A stretch of 64,000 nt of DNA from a virus. Taxonomy: Duplodnaviria > Caudoviricetes. The stretch lies in IMG/VR virus record IMGVR_UViG_3300025437_000009; one strand, written 5' to 3'. This document shows, piece after piece, positions 6,293 to 15,690 of the stretch (positions within the stretch are counted from its first letter, which is position 1; every line of letters starts with the position of its first letter). The notes beneath the pieces are model-generated. The model saw only the letters and a program-made list of their open reading frames with translations. It did not search any database and was not told where the DNA came from. Made by a program: the position numbers and the translations under genes.

Positions 6293-7362
6293 TCTGTAAC
6301 TTCCTCTTCTGGTTCTGCTACAGGTGTAGCAGTTCTATGTGGGTTCGCAGCAAAGTCAACCATAACTTTATCTAATGTGCCGTCTTCGTTGCGTTCCCAT
6401 GCCTTACGGAACTGTTTAATAATAGTACCATCAGCTAGAGTGTATTTAAGACTATTACCGTCTTTGGTTAATAAACCTTTGCCTTCCATTAGATCTACTA
6501 ATCCAGAGTAAGGATTCATCCCTTGTTCATACGGAATCTTAACCTGTACTGATTCAAATGGTTTAGCATAACGAGTCTTCATAATCTTACATGCAGCACG
6601 AATACCTTTAACTTCTGAAATCTTATTACCATCTTCGTCTTCTTTTAACTTTAACTTACGCATAGCAACTACAATAGAGCTAGCATAGATGAAGCCTTGG
6701 CCGCCTGAGATTTTATCATCTGGATCAAACATGTCTTGGCTAGCGTAGGTATGATTTGTACATACTAGTCCAATGTTTAGGTCGCCAAACATGTTTACAC
6801 AGTTACGAACTAGTGCTGTCAGTGCTTTGGGCTTACGACCCATATCACCTTTGAGGTCACCTGCTTCAAACTGATTAACGTCTGTTGGGGTCAACATCAT
6901 ACCTAGGGAGTCGAGTACAAATAAGACCTTAGGACGTTGATCTTCTGGTAGTGTTTTATATTCTTTAACAAAGTCATTGATCAATTTTGCTACATCATCA
7001 ATCATAGCTACGTTAAGTTTAAGCAACTTGTCTTCACTAGTATCTACACCTAGTGCGTGCAACCATGCTTCATCGAGTGCGTTTTCTGTATCAACTAGAA
7101 TAACATAAATGCCTTGCTCTTGTGCATTCTTAACAATATTACCCGAACAGATAAACGATTTACCTGCACCAGATTCGCCAGCAAACACAGTAACTTTACC
7201 CATCGGGATTCCTTTATGGAAGTCACCAGAGATAAGATAGTTTAGTGCATAGTTGTTAGTTGAGATCCATGTGTCAGGATCACGAAATCCTACAGAGATA
7301 CCGTCAATGCTTTTAGTAATGCTCTTGCGAAATTTTGATACGTCGAATGGTTTATTTGCCAT
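6289..7362 (-). CDS. uvsX: UvsX/RecA-like recombinase
   Basis: Walker A GESGAGKS, VDTENALD, Walker B LFVLDSLG, SGGQGFIYASS. Confidence 0.95.
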   Translation of the reverse strand: MANKPFDVSKFRKSITKSIDGISVGFRDPDTWISTNNYALNYLISGDFHKGIPMGKVTVFAGESGAGKSFICSGNIVKNAQEQGIYVILVDTENALDEAWLHALGVDTSEDKLLKLNVAMIDDVAKLINDFVKEYKTLPEDQRPKVLFVLDSLGMMLTPTDVNQFEAGDLKGDMGRKPKALTALVRNCVNMFGDLNIGLVCTNHTYASQDMFDPDDKISGGQGFIYASSIVVAMRKLKLKEDEDGNKISEVKGIRAACKIMKTRYAKPFESVQVKIPYEQGMNPYSGLVDLMEGKGLLTKDGNSLKYTLADGTIIKQFRKAWERNEDGTLDKVMVDFAANPHRTATPVAEPEEEVTE

Positions 7363-8524
7363 GATAGTTTTCCTTGATATTATATAACTCTTTAAAAATT
7401 TTACTGCTGTCTAAATTGCGTCGTTGGTCTAACTCGTTTAACTGTGTCATTGACCTTAGAAAATTCTTTTCAATTGGTTGTTTGATATAGTTTAACATAT
7501 TTTTATAGCTTTCTTCAAGCAAAAATCCTGGTTTTTTTGCAATACGATTATTCAATTTTTCTTCTAGTGAGTATAACACACTTTCTGGTAAATGTCTAAT
7601 GTTTAGGTAGTCTGGCATTGCTAATGCTCCAATAATAAAACTGTTGTTATGGAATCCTATACCAGTTAAATAGTCCACACAGTCAAAAATGGAATTAAAA
7701 TTTAGTATAAACCAAAGCATGTTGAATGATATTTTATGATTTAGTTTTCGAATTGTATTTAAATTATCCAGGAAGTCTGTCCATTTTCCGCCATATCTAA
7801 TGTATTCAAATTCATCTCCAGTGGTTTCTGCACTAATGGTCCAATGAACATTTTTAAACTCGCAAATTTTATCAAATACTCGAGTATCGACCTTGCTTAA
7901 ATTTGTGTTAATTCTTAGATTTACATTGGGGTTTACAGTTTTTAAAATATCCAATAGTTCTAAATTTTCTTTCATTAGCAAGGGCTCGCCACCAGCAAGA
8001 TACACGTGTTTTAGTGTGTTAGCTTGACTAGTAATATACCACTTGAGACTATCAATTTGTTCTTTAGTGGGTGTTGCTAAATGCATCTGTAGTTCATCGG
8101 CCCATCGACTGCTAAAATCTGGTCCACAATAGACACAGGCAAAATTACACAGATTGGTCCAACGTATATCAATTGCTTGTAGGCCTGGACGTCCTACACT
8201 AGAGTATATTGATGGGTCGTTTTCTTTGAGTTCACGTATGTAAAAAACGCGATCACTAATACCATCAAATCCGCGTCGATCTTTTTCTAAATCGTAACAG
8301 CCAGTACAGGATTTGACTGGCTGACGTTGCTGTATAGCAATCTGTCTATTTCTATTTTCTACTCCGCCCAATATTTCTTGTATGTTGTTGTTTTGTAGAT
8401 TACCGATTGGCATAGCATCATTGCTACGTATACAATTTTTTACTGATCCATCAAAGTTGTACATCATTCCAGTCCATGGCATGGGACAAAAATACGGATT
8501 AGTTAAAATATCTTTAGGTGTCAT
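7352..8524 (-). CDS. radical SAM protein with N-terminal SPASM/twitch-like domain
   Basis: CNFACVYC, GGEPLL, NTNL; N-terminal CPMPW...DGSVKNC...IGNL...CTGC. Confidence 0.9.
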   Translation of the reverse strand: MTPKDILTNPYFCPMPWTGMMYNFDGSVKNCIRSNDAMPIGNLQNNNIQEILGGVENRNRQIAIQQRQPVKSCTGCYDLEKDRRGFDGISDRVFYIRELKENDPSIYSSVGRPGLQAIDIRWTNLCNFACVYCGPDFSSRWADELQMHLATPTKEQIDSLKWYITSQANTLKHVYLAGGEPLLMKENLELLDILKTVNPNVNLRINTNLSKVDTRVFDKICEFKNVHWTISAETTGDEFEYIRYGGKWTDFLDNLNTIRKLNHKISFNMLWFILNFNSIFDCVDYLTGIGFHNNSFIIGALAMPDYLNIRHLPESVLYSLEEKLNNRIAKKPGFLLEESYKNMLNYIKQPIEKNFLRSMTQLNELDQRRNLDSSKIFKELYNIKENYHGK

Positions 8525-9066
8525 TGGTGTTTTGGTCCAAGGGATATGTCTGGTATCACCAAATTGTTAGTTGCGGCCATGTTGAATATGTTAACCAGTG
8601 TATTGGCCCAGACTGTTACGTCAGCGGCCGGAGGTACCGTTTTATCCGGACTTGTTGCTATATTACCCGGACGTACTACAGTAAGTTTGACACCAATATA
8701 TTTTGCACGAATTTGTCGAACTGCTTCTTCGAGTGCTACTTTTTGTACACGATATTCGTCCATATCTAAACCAGGCAAGGGTGATGAGGGAGCCTGTGTC
8801 ATCATAGTACTGATAATCATGATATGTTTGTTTGTTCCAGACCATCGGCGAGCCATTTCAAACAGCAATTCTGTCTGAGCAAAGCCTGCTTGGGCATTGT
8901 TAACAAAACGATCGCAAGGTTCTATCAGTGATGCAATTTTTGGTATGCTACGAATGTTATAGCCATCTCGTTTACTCAAACCGACAATTTCGTGTCCAAG
9001 ATTTTCATATTCTCTAGCAAGTGCTTGACCAATACCGGCCGTATGTCCTGTTATAGCTATTTTCAT
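8521..9066 (-). CDS. short-chain dehydrogenase/reductase (SDR)
   Basis: ITGHTAGIG Rossmann motif, FVNNA, YRVQK catalytic YxxxK, VRPG. Confidence 0.9.
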   Translation of the reverse strand: MKIAITGHTAGIGQALAREYENLGHEIVGLSKRDGYNIRSIPKIASLIEPCDRFVNNAQAGFAQTELLFEMARRWSGTNKHIMIISTMMTQAPSSPLPGLDMDEYRVQKVALEEAVRQIRAKYIGVKLTVVRPGNIATSPDKTVPPAADVTVWANTLVNIFNMAATNNLVIPDISLGPKHQ

Positions 9067-9536
9067 TTTAATAGATCCAGGGGTTCATTGTGAAAGGTAA
9101 AACTGGCAACGATACGTGGCAACGCAATGTCATTGACTTGCACAACACTATGGGGAATTTGAGAGTTTAGTACAATTGGTTTTTCCATACCAACCACTTC
9201 CCCAATCATTACATCATTTTCGTACCATCTATTTGCCCAGCCTGCGGTATTTATAACTGGTATGTTGACTTTTGCTATTACAGGCAATTCGTCAATGTGC
9301 AAGGGAAGGCTTTTATTGTCAATAACTACTGTTACAGCTGCGTGCCGAGGAATTAGTTTTAGTTGTTTAAACCATGTTAATAGTTCTGGTGCTTGTTCTA
9401 ATAATAAATTTTTATCAACAAAATGCCATCCAGGAATCAGTGTATCTAAAATATCAGTTTTTTCTTTTAGAAAATTGTGTATTTCCTGCGAAATTACACT
9501 TAAACTTTCACAATCTAATTCAATAAATGGTTTCAT
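9063..9536 (-). CDS. putative 2OG-Fe(II)/DSBH-fold protein
   Basis: LHID...PHSV...RIVASF pattern (HxD...H...R). Confidence 0.55.
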   Translation of the reverse strand: MKPFIELDCESLSVISQEIHNFLKEKTDILDTLIPGWHFVDKNLLLEQAPELLTWFKQLKLIPRHAAVTVVIDNKSLPLHIDELPVIAKVNIPVINTAGWANRWYENDVMIGEVVGMEKPIVLNSQIPHSVVQVNDIALPRIVASFTFHNEPLDLLK

Positions 9537-10411
9537 ATGCTTCTTAATTGTTTTTGTTGTTGTATATATGCATCAACAGCGACGGTGTCTTTATTATTGA
9601 TATTCAATACCGCCGGTTCACTGAGATATGCAAAGCTGTGCTCAATTCCATGTTCTTGAGCAAATGCCTGTATGTTAGATAAGTCGTTGACATTAAGTAT
9701 GCTGACTGTGGTCCATAAGTTTAACTTAACTGGCATAATTTTATATTGCATTAAATTTTTATAAAAGGTATCCCAAGTAATAGGCCAACGCATAAACTCA
9801 TGTACTGGGCCAATACCATCGCAACTTACGGTGACTGTAACTTCAATCCCTCGTTCAGCTATATTGACTAATTCTTCCAATACCACGTTACAATTAGTAT
9901 TAAGTCTAAGTGTTTTAAGGTTGGGCGGTAAATTGGCCAACAACTGTTTGTAGTTTTTACTGTAGCTGGGTTCGCCACCATTGATATCTAAATGTAGTAT
10001 TCGTTCTTGGGGCAAGTCCCAAAAACGATTGGTATTGTTTACAATAGGAAACGTCCGACTGTGTAGTGCACCAATTCTCGTGCTACATTCAGGACTACAT
10101 GTCATACAAGCAGCATTACATACATTATCTAATACCCCGCCCACCTGAAGATAATTCCCTGTCTCAGCTCGATCCAATTTCAATGCGTATGTTCTTATAC
10201 TGTCTCGCGAGTCTGCTTCGGCTTCTTCACAACGACGGCATTCGCTTGGCCAAAGGTCTTGAGCAAATTGTTCTTTAATTTTACGCAACCACACACTGGA
10301 ATCCATTTGCTCCAGAGTATCAAACTGTGCTGGATTGACCATGTGGCCACAGCGACTTACAGTTCCATTTGAATTAAATCGAACAAAGTGATCTAGTCTA
10401 GGACAGCGCAT
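9533..10411 (-). CDS. radical SAM protein with N-terminal Cys cluster
   Basis: CNAACMTC, GGEPS, NTN; N-terminal CPRL...NGTVSRC...CRRC. Confidence 0.88.
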   Translation of the reverse strand: MRCPRLDHFVRFNSNGTVSRCGHMVNPAQFDTLEQMDSSVWLRKIKEQFAQDLWPSECRRCEEAEADSRDSIRTYALKLDRAETGNYLQVGGVLDNVCNAACMTCSPECSTRIGALHSRTFPIVNNTNRFWDLPQERILHLDINGGEPSYSKNYKQLLANLPPNLKTLRLNTNCNVVLEELVNIAERGIEVTVTVSCDGIGPVHEFMRWPITWDTFYKNLMQYKIMPVKLNLWTTVSILNVNDLSNIQAFAQEHGIEHSFAYLSEPAVLNINNKDTVAVDAYIQQQKQLRSI

Positions 10412-11007
10412 AGTTCTTGACTCCTTTCAATCACTTCTTTATACAGTTCGGGATAGGTATTTTTGATATATGCTAATATCATTTTAAATGTTACAGTCTG
10501 ACCCATGAACTCGTAGTATAAGACTTTATCTAACCGTAGATAAAAATGCAATTTACTGTTGTCTTTAAAATAGTCCACAAGTGTTTGGTCACGTGTCAAA
10601 CTATTCCAAATTTCACCTAGGTCATTATCAAGTTCTGTCATTGGTTTGAATGTCATCCATATATTACTATTAAAGCGTTGTAGATTTACCAACCAGTGGA
10701 ATTGTAATGCAAAATGTCTGTTTAAAAATAAGTATTCGTCAATCATCGACAATGCTGTTGCACGATCAAGATGTGGGTTATATCGTAAGTACGTTTGTAC
10801 TCCACTAACATAACGTTCAAATGGTTCACGAACAAATACTTCTACAGTTTTTAAATGTTTAATGACTTCTGAGCCCGTTACAGAACGAGATTTTTCAAAC
10901 AAGCCACTGCTACCATTTTTATAGATAGGATAGACAAAACGTCCCGGTTCGAGTTCAACTACCAGAATTTCATCAGGGAAAAGGATCGGATCTAGATAAG
11001 ATAGCAT
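10393..11007 (-). CDS. sulfotransferase-like protein (Sulfotransfer_2-type)
   Basis: YPIYKNGSSGL (5'-PSB-like) and VFVREPFERYVSG (3'-PB-like). Confidence 0.6.
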   Translation of the reverse strand: MLSYLDPILFPDEILVVELEPGRFVYPIYKNGSSGLFEKSRSVTGSEVIKHLKTVEVFVREPFERYVSGVQTYLRYNPHLDRATALSMIDEYLFLNRHFALQFHWLVNLQRFNSNIWMTFKPMTELDNDLGEIWNSLTRDQTLVDYFKDNSKLHFYLRLDKVLYYEFMGQTVTFKMILAYIKNTYPELYKEVIERSQELCAVLD

Positions 11008-11014
11008 AAACAGG

Positions 11015-11040
11015 TAGTGGGGGATCGTCTTCCCCCACTA
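11015..11040. promoter_or_regulatory. strong 10-bp hairpin between ssb and the sulfotransferase-like gene
   Basis: TAGTGGGGGA-TCGTCT-TCCCCCACTA; T-run follows only on the plus strand. Confidence 0.7.
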
Positions 11041-11062
11041 TTTTAGACACAAGCTATTTTAA

Positions 11063-12055
11063 TTACTGCTTTTGACGATTGCGAATCATTGCCAAAATGT
11101 CTTGAGCATTTTGTTTAACTGGTTCAGCTGTCACTGGAGCAGTTGGTGCTGGTACTTCGTCTGGTTCGTCATCTGCAACAAATGGACTAGCTGTTGCTGG
11201 AGCACTTGCTACTGGGGCTGGTGCATCAGCGGCATCTGCTTTAGGGGCAGCATTGGGAGTGTCCAAACCATATGGTTTGTAGTAGGCACCCCATTTGTCA
11301 GCATCGTATGGTTGACCATCAACACTAGCTTCAAACATTTCTTTGATTACTTTAAGATCTGTTTCGCTAGGTTTCTTTGGAAGGAAATCGCTTAAATTAA
11401 ACAGGCCATGCTCATCAATTGCAGCTTGTTCTTCTGCTGTTAGTGCAGATTCTTTACGAGCCCACTTTGATGTTGAATAGTCAGCGTAACCACCCTTGCT
11501 TGTTTTAATGATTTGGAAATCCAAGCCACGTTGGAAATCTGTTGGTAATTCTTCCATTTCTGGATCCATTAGTGCCGCTTTGATAATATTAAAAATCTGT
11601 GGGCTAATAGTAAAGCGACGGATTGGATTTGCTGGAGCCTTGTCGTCACTTAATGCATTTTCACGCACAAAGCCTTGGAATACATATGACTTCTTCTTCC
11701 AATACTTACGACCCATTTCCTCTAGACTTGGATCCTTAAACCATGGACGAACTTCTGCTAATACTGGGCACGCTTCGCCATACATTTCCATACATGGAAC
11801 TTGTACTACTACTGGTTTTGAATCTGATTGTCCTTTAACTCCAGCAAATGGCAATTTGATCATTGCACGCTCAGCCCAAAAGAATGAGTTCTTAGTGTTT
11901 GCGTCTGGGAGGAATCTTACTCTTGCTGTGGAACCTTCTGCGATGTTCCAGTGTGGATAGATAGCGTTGTCGCCACCTGATTGTTTGTTGTTACCGCCTT
12001 TGTTGCCTTCTGATGCTTGTAACTTTGCACGAATTTCTGCTAATGTTGTTGCCAT
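11063..12055 (-). CDS. gp32: single-stranded DNA-binding protein (T4 gp32-like)
   Basis: ARVRFLP, CPVLAEVRPWF, KYWKKKSY, GLDFQIIKTSKGGYADYSTSKW; acidic flexible tail. Confidence 0.92.
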   Translation of the reverse strand: MATTLAEIRAKLQASEGNKGGNNKQSGGDNAIYPHWNIAEGSTARVRFLPDANTKNSFFWAERAMIKLPFAGVKGQSDSKPVVVQVPCMEMYGEACPVLAEVRPWFKDPSLEEMGRKYWKKKSYVFQGFVRENALSDDKAPANPIRRFTISPQIFNIIKAALMDPEMEELPTDFQRGLDFQIIKTSKGGYADYSTSKWARKESALTAEEQAAIDEHGLFNLSDFLPKKPSETDLKVIKEMFEASVDGQPYDADKWGAYYKPYGLDTPNAAPKADAADAPAPVASAPATASPFVADDEPDEVPAPTAPVTAEPVKQNAQDILAMIRNRQKQ

Positions 12056-12120
12056 GATTAATTTCCTTTATAAGATGGTCTTAATGTACTACTTGCCTAG
12101 ATATACTCTAGCACCCTGCT

Positions 12121-12150
12121 AGTGTATAACAAATGTATTTAGCTTGTCAA
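12121..12150 (-). promoter_or_regulatory. sigma70-type promoter of the ssb operon with nested TAAATA
   Basis: TTGACA-18-TACACT; TAAATA at 12136-12141. Confidence 0.6.
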
Positions 12151-12175
12151 ATATTTTTTAAATTATTTTGCCCAA

Positions 12176-12181
12176 TAAATA
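12176..12181 (+). promoter_or_regulatory. late promoter core TAAATA
   Basis: TAAATA-5 nt-ATG(12187). Confidence 0.55.
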
Positions 12182-12186
12182 TCTGT

Positions 12187-12969
12187 ATGAATATCCCGTA
12201 CAACATTGAAATTTATGACAATTTATTGTCCGTTGAAGACCATAACAAAATTTGGGAGTATGTAAAAACCCTTCAATTCTTTGGAACATGGGAACGGGAA
12301 GAACAGGTAAATTTTAATTTTACACTCGATAGTCCAAAAAATCCCAATGATTGGATGGTTTATCAATCCTTTGGTAGGAGAACCAAATTATCAAGAGCTC
12401 CCCTTGCCACTGACGAACTTAGTTTAAAATCTAATCATCTGCCCATATACTTGTTATGGAAAAAATTAAATAGTCAACTCAATAATCAATTTGAAATAAC
12501 TGGAACTCCTGAGGGTATGCGGTCTGAAATTGACTTACCTCCGGTCTCTGACCCTGGGTTGAAATTAGGTTGGCGTGTTTATGTAAATGCCAATTATAAT
12601 TCACATACCGGTCATGGCAACGAAGGGTATGCACATCGAGACACACCGTTAGAATCGAATAATGACAAAACAGTTACTATGGTATATGTAGCAAACACTG
12701 AGTGGTATCCGTCATGGGCTGGAGAATTAAAATTTTATCCTGAAGACCCCGAGGGAGTAACTAAAGATCATCAACAATTTAACACTGGCACATATCAACA
12801 ACAACGAAATTACAAGTTAGGATGGTTAGATCAAGGACAAATAGTAAGTCCAGTACCAGGAAGATTGGTTATTTACGACGGACGGTGCTTACACTCAACT
12901 ACACCAGCTGCCAGTGATCTCAATACCCCAAGCATCAAAATTGTCTTTAGAGCACAAAAAATTATTTAG
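12187..12969 (+). CDS. 2OG-Fe(II) oxygenase (prolyl-hydroxylase-like), 260 aa
   Basis: AHRD...TMVYVAN..W.PSWAGELKF...PVPGRLVIYDGRCLHS...KIVFR; start set at MNIPY. Confidence 0.85.
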   Translation: MNIPYNIEIYDNLLSVEDHNKIWEYVKTLQFFGTWEREEQVNFNFTLDSPKNPNDWMVYQSFGRRTKLSRAPLATDELSLKSNHLPIYLLWKKLNSQLNNQFEITGTPEGMRSEIDLPPVSDPGLKLGWRVYVNANYNSHTGHGNEGYAHRDTPLESNNDKTVTMVYVANTEWYPSWAGELKFYPEDPEGVTKDHQQFNTGTYQQQRNYKLGWLDQGQIVSPVPGRLVIYDGRCLHSTTPAASDLNTPSIKIVFRAQKII

Positions 12970-13918
12970 AGTATTGCTGATAGATCTCAACATTCTGGCC
13001 AGCTAATCGATACAGCTCTTGTAGCTTCTCTGCTTTACTTGGATTGGTATACAAGGTTTGTAGACTAGCTGTCAAGTGTTTAATACGATCATATGGATTT
13101 GATTCTCGATCGTAGGTTTCATCTAGTACAGAATCAAATGTTCGAAATCCCATATCACGTAAACGAGCCAGACTCCCCTGACCGCTGACTAAGACAAAAG
13201 GCTTACCTGTAGCTAGACAATTGGCAGTTTTTTCGGTAAACCAAAAGTTATCCATACTATCCGTTTCACTTACAACTTCAATTTGATAACGGTTCCAGAC
13301 ATTTCCGTAGCTACGGCAAGCATCATACCAATTGATCATACCCATATGATGTGTACTGACTAAGTCGCGATCAAATTGTTTAGTTGCTATCCAAGCCAGC
13401 TCTTGTTGGTATTCGACGCCAAAATGTCGTAGTTGATCATTGATAAATTTTACATCAGGTTGAAATGTAATATATGTATCATTGGCAAATGTTTGATCTA
13501 GTTCATACGCTAAACGAAATCGACTTAGGTTATAGCGACCCAACAAGCAACCAACAAAACGTGCATTGGTTAAATCTCGATTGAACTCCCGGGGCAAATA
13601 CTGTGCAACACTGATAAAGATACCAAGTTTTAATTGTGTTAGATTAAAGTTTTTTATGTCAGCGGAGTGTGATTCAAATGTTACGTTACTGTATGGAATA
13701 TTAAGTGTATCACACGCATACGTCATAAACGATTCGAACCCGCTAAAGCCTGTGTTCTCTCCATCTAGCAAACGGATTGTAATCTGCTGACCAGAATATT
13801 GTTTTGCCAGGATGTCCAGCAGGATATCTTTACGTGTGACGCTGTAGTCTTTGTGTATAAAGAACTGTCCTAGTATAACTATTTCATTTGGGGTAACTGT
13901 GACTGCTTGCTCTATCAT
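12962..13918 (-). CDS. GT10/fucosyltransferase-like protein (E..TEKT..P motif), 318 aa
   Basis: VVSETDSMDNFWFTEKTANCLATGKPFVLV; start MIEQ at 13918 gives an ATGA overlap with the SGNH gene. Confidence 0.5.
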   Translation of the reverse strand: MIEQAVTVTPNEIVILGQFFIHKDYSVTRKDILLDILAKQYSGQQITIRLLDGENTGFSGFESFMTYACDTLNIPYSNVTFESHSADIKNFNLTQLKLGIFISVAQYLPREFNRDLTNARFVGCLLGRYNLSRFRLAYELDQTFANDTYITFQPDVKFINDQLRHFGVEYQQELAWIATKQFDRDLVSTHHMGMINWYDACRSYGNVWNRYQIEVVSETDSMDNFWFTEKTANCLATGKPFVLVSGQGSLARLRDMGFRTFDSVLDETYDRESNPYDRIKHLTASLQTLYTNPSKAEKLQELYRLAGQNVEIYQQYSK

Positions 13919-14658
13919 AATTGAGTTATTAAATAATTGGCCCATAGTCTGTGACCTTGTTCTGTAGGGTGACGGCTGTCTTCTTTGTTACAAAACTCAC
14001 ACGAATCTAATATGTCAATACGAGATAGGGCTCGATCTATTACTTCTATAGAATCTGGATATGTTCGATTGTAGTTTAACTGTTTGATGTGATCACTAAT
14101 AACAATGTACGTATCAGTCTGTAATTGTTGTTTAGTTAATACTTCTAACCAAGACTGTTCTATAACGCCGTGTTCGGGTATGCTATCTGTAAAATTGTGT
14201 GCTATTTTAAATGTTATTTTTGGATAGCGTAGTTGTATTTCTTTAACCATTGCATAGGTTTTAAGTACTATATTTTCCAATGCTGGTTGCAATAGATCTC
14301 CCTGTGCCCAGTTTATTTCTTCGTGACGGCCAGATTCTGTTAGGGTAATAATACAAGTAACGTTGGCATACTTGTATCTATGACTCAGCAGTTGTCCTAG
14401 CCAATTTAACATACAAAAATTACTGGCACCAGGCAAGGCCAAGTTCATCCAGTCTGCACCTATCTGCTCTGTGAGTAAGTTACCGTATACATGATCGAGT
14501 CTATATTCTGTATCGTCTATGCCATTGCGTACTTTAGTCTTACCTAAACTATCACCGTAGGTCCACGAATCTCCTACTGTAATTATTAACTGATCACTAT
14601 CACGTGATTTGTAATAGTAAGGATTGTTGATCATTGACCAAGCAGGTACGTTAAACAT
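13915..14658 (-). CDS. SGNH/GDSL-family hydrolase or acyltransferase
   Basis: GDSWTYG block I, NLALPGASN, DSRHP..GH block V. Confidence 0.8.
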   Translation of the reverse strand: MFNVPAWSMINNPYYYKSRDSDQLIITVGDSWTYGDSLGKTKVRNGIDDTEYRLDHVYGNLLTEQIGADWMNLALPGASNFCMLNWLGQLLSHRYKYANVTCIITLTESGRHEEINWAQGDLLQPALENIVLKTYAMVKEIQLRYPKITFKIAHNFTDSIPEHGVIEQSWLEVLTKQQLQTDTYIVISDHIKQLNYNRTYPDSIEVIDRALSRIDILDSCEFCNKEDSRHPTEQGHRLWANYLITQL

Positions 14659-15667
14659 ATTGTGTTAGATCCAAATTATTCAAACGATTCCATTGCTCAT
14701 AAGCATACTGGCGGAAACGACGTTTGTTATTTTGACAGCGGCCAAAGTACTTTTGATATTCGCTATAGGGATTACTTATTTTGTTAATGGCATCAATAGC
14801 CACCTGTGCATACTGAGCCTGCTTAGTTGGATCACCTGCCGTTTCATTTACTATACTATAGTCAAATATATCTTCAAAGATATCAAACCCAGAATCTTTT
14901 AAGTATTGTCGTAGTGGTGCTTGGCCGTAGACAAAGAAAGGACGCATACCTATAATAGGTTTAAATGTTTTTTCACTGGTAAAGAAATTGTTGGGGTTGG
15001 CATTGCTAAATTCTGTTTCTGTTACCAGACATAAAAAACTTTTACTCCAAATTTCTTTAGACCCTATACTAAAAATGTCATTAAGGATTGTTTTACTTAC
15101 AAAACGTTCATCCACTCCCAGGTTACCGTATTCATCCCGAATGCCCTGCTCATCTGCAAATTCTTCGTCTAAGGTAATGGGATTTCCTGGTAAGCCGAGG
15201 CTAATATAACCCTGCTCTCGATATGGTAGTAATTGATTTACTAAACTGACACGATGTGGGTGAGGTTTACGATTTAGACAAATAAATTTACGTGCATCTG
15301 TTTGCAGTTGCAGATCTTGTTCTTCATAGTTTTGGAAATATAAGTCGCATACCATTGCCCAAAAGTCAATGCGATATTGTGCAGAATTACCTAGTATAAT
15401 GTAAGGAACACCGCTGGTTTCTATTGCTTCAAATATTTTGGGTACAGCAGGATCTACAAAATTGTGACAAATGATAAAATCCGGACGGGAGTCTCGAATA
15501 TGTTGTGCTATATCATTTTCATGTAGCCAAGTGGGATTGATAAACATAACACGATCAACTGATAACTGTTCTCGTGCTTTATTTTCTAATATACTGCGTA
15601 TTAGTTGTTCGACTCGACCAGCTTTCCAAGCATAAGGAAAGCCGTTAGTTGATTTTATAATTTCCAT
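14651..15667 (-). CDS. GT10/fucosyltransferase-like protein
   Basis: FICLNRKPHPHR; LVTETEF...TSEKTFKPIIGMRPF. Confidence 0.5.
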   Translation of the reverse strand: MEIIKSTNGFPYAWKAGRVEQLIRSILENKAREQLSVDRVMFINPTWLHENDIAQHIRDSRPDFIICHNFVDPAVPKIFEAIETSGVPYIILGNSAQYRIDFWAMVCDLYFQNYEEQDLQLQTDARKFICLNRKPHPHRVSLVNQLLPYREQGYISLGLPGNPITLDEEFADEQGIRDEYGNLGVDERFVSKTILNDIFSIGSKEIWSKSFLCLVTETEFSNANPNNFFTSEKTFKPIIGMRPFFVYGQAPLRQYLKDSGFDIFEDIFDYSIVNETAGDPTKQAQYAQVAIDAINKISNPYSEYQKYFGRCQNNKRRFRQYAYEQWNRLNNLDLTQYV

Positions 15668-15690
15668 TTGATAATAACTTAGCTAGTAAG

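Noticed and set aside
12056-12115. T4 gene-32-type autoregulatory pseudoknot in the ssb leader
   Set aside because: A 5-bp hairpin (CUAGA/UCUAG) is visible, but the second stem would be only about 3 bp; too weak to claim
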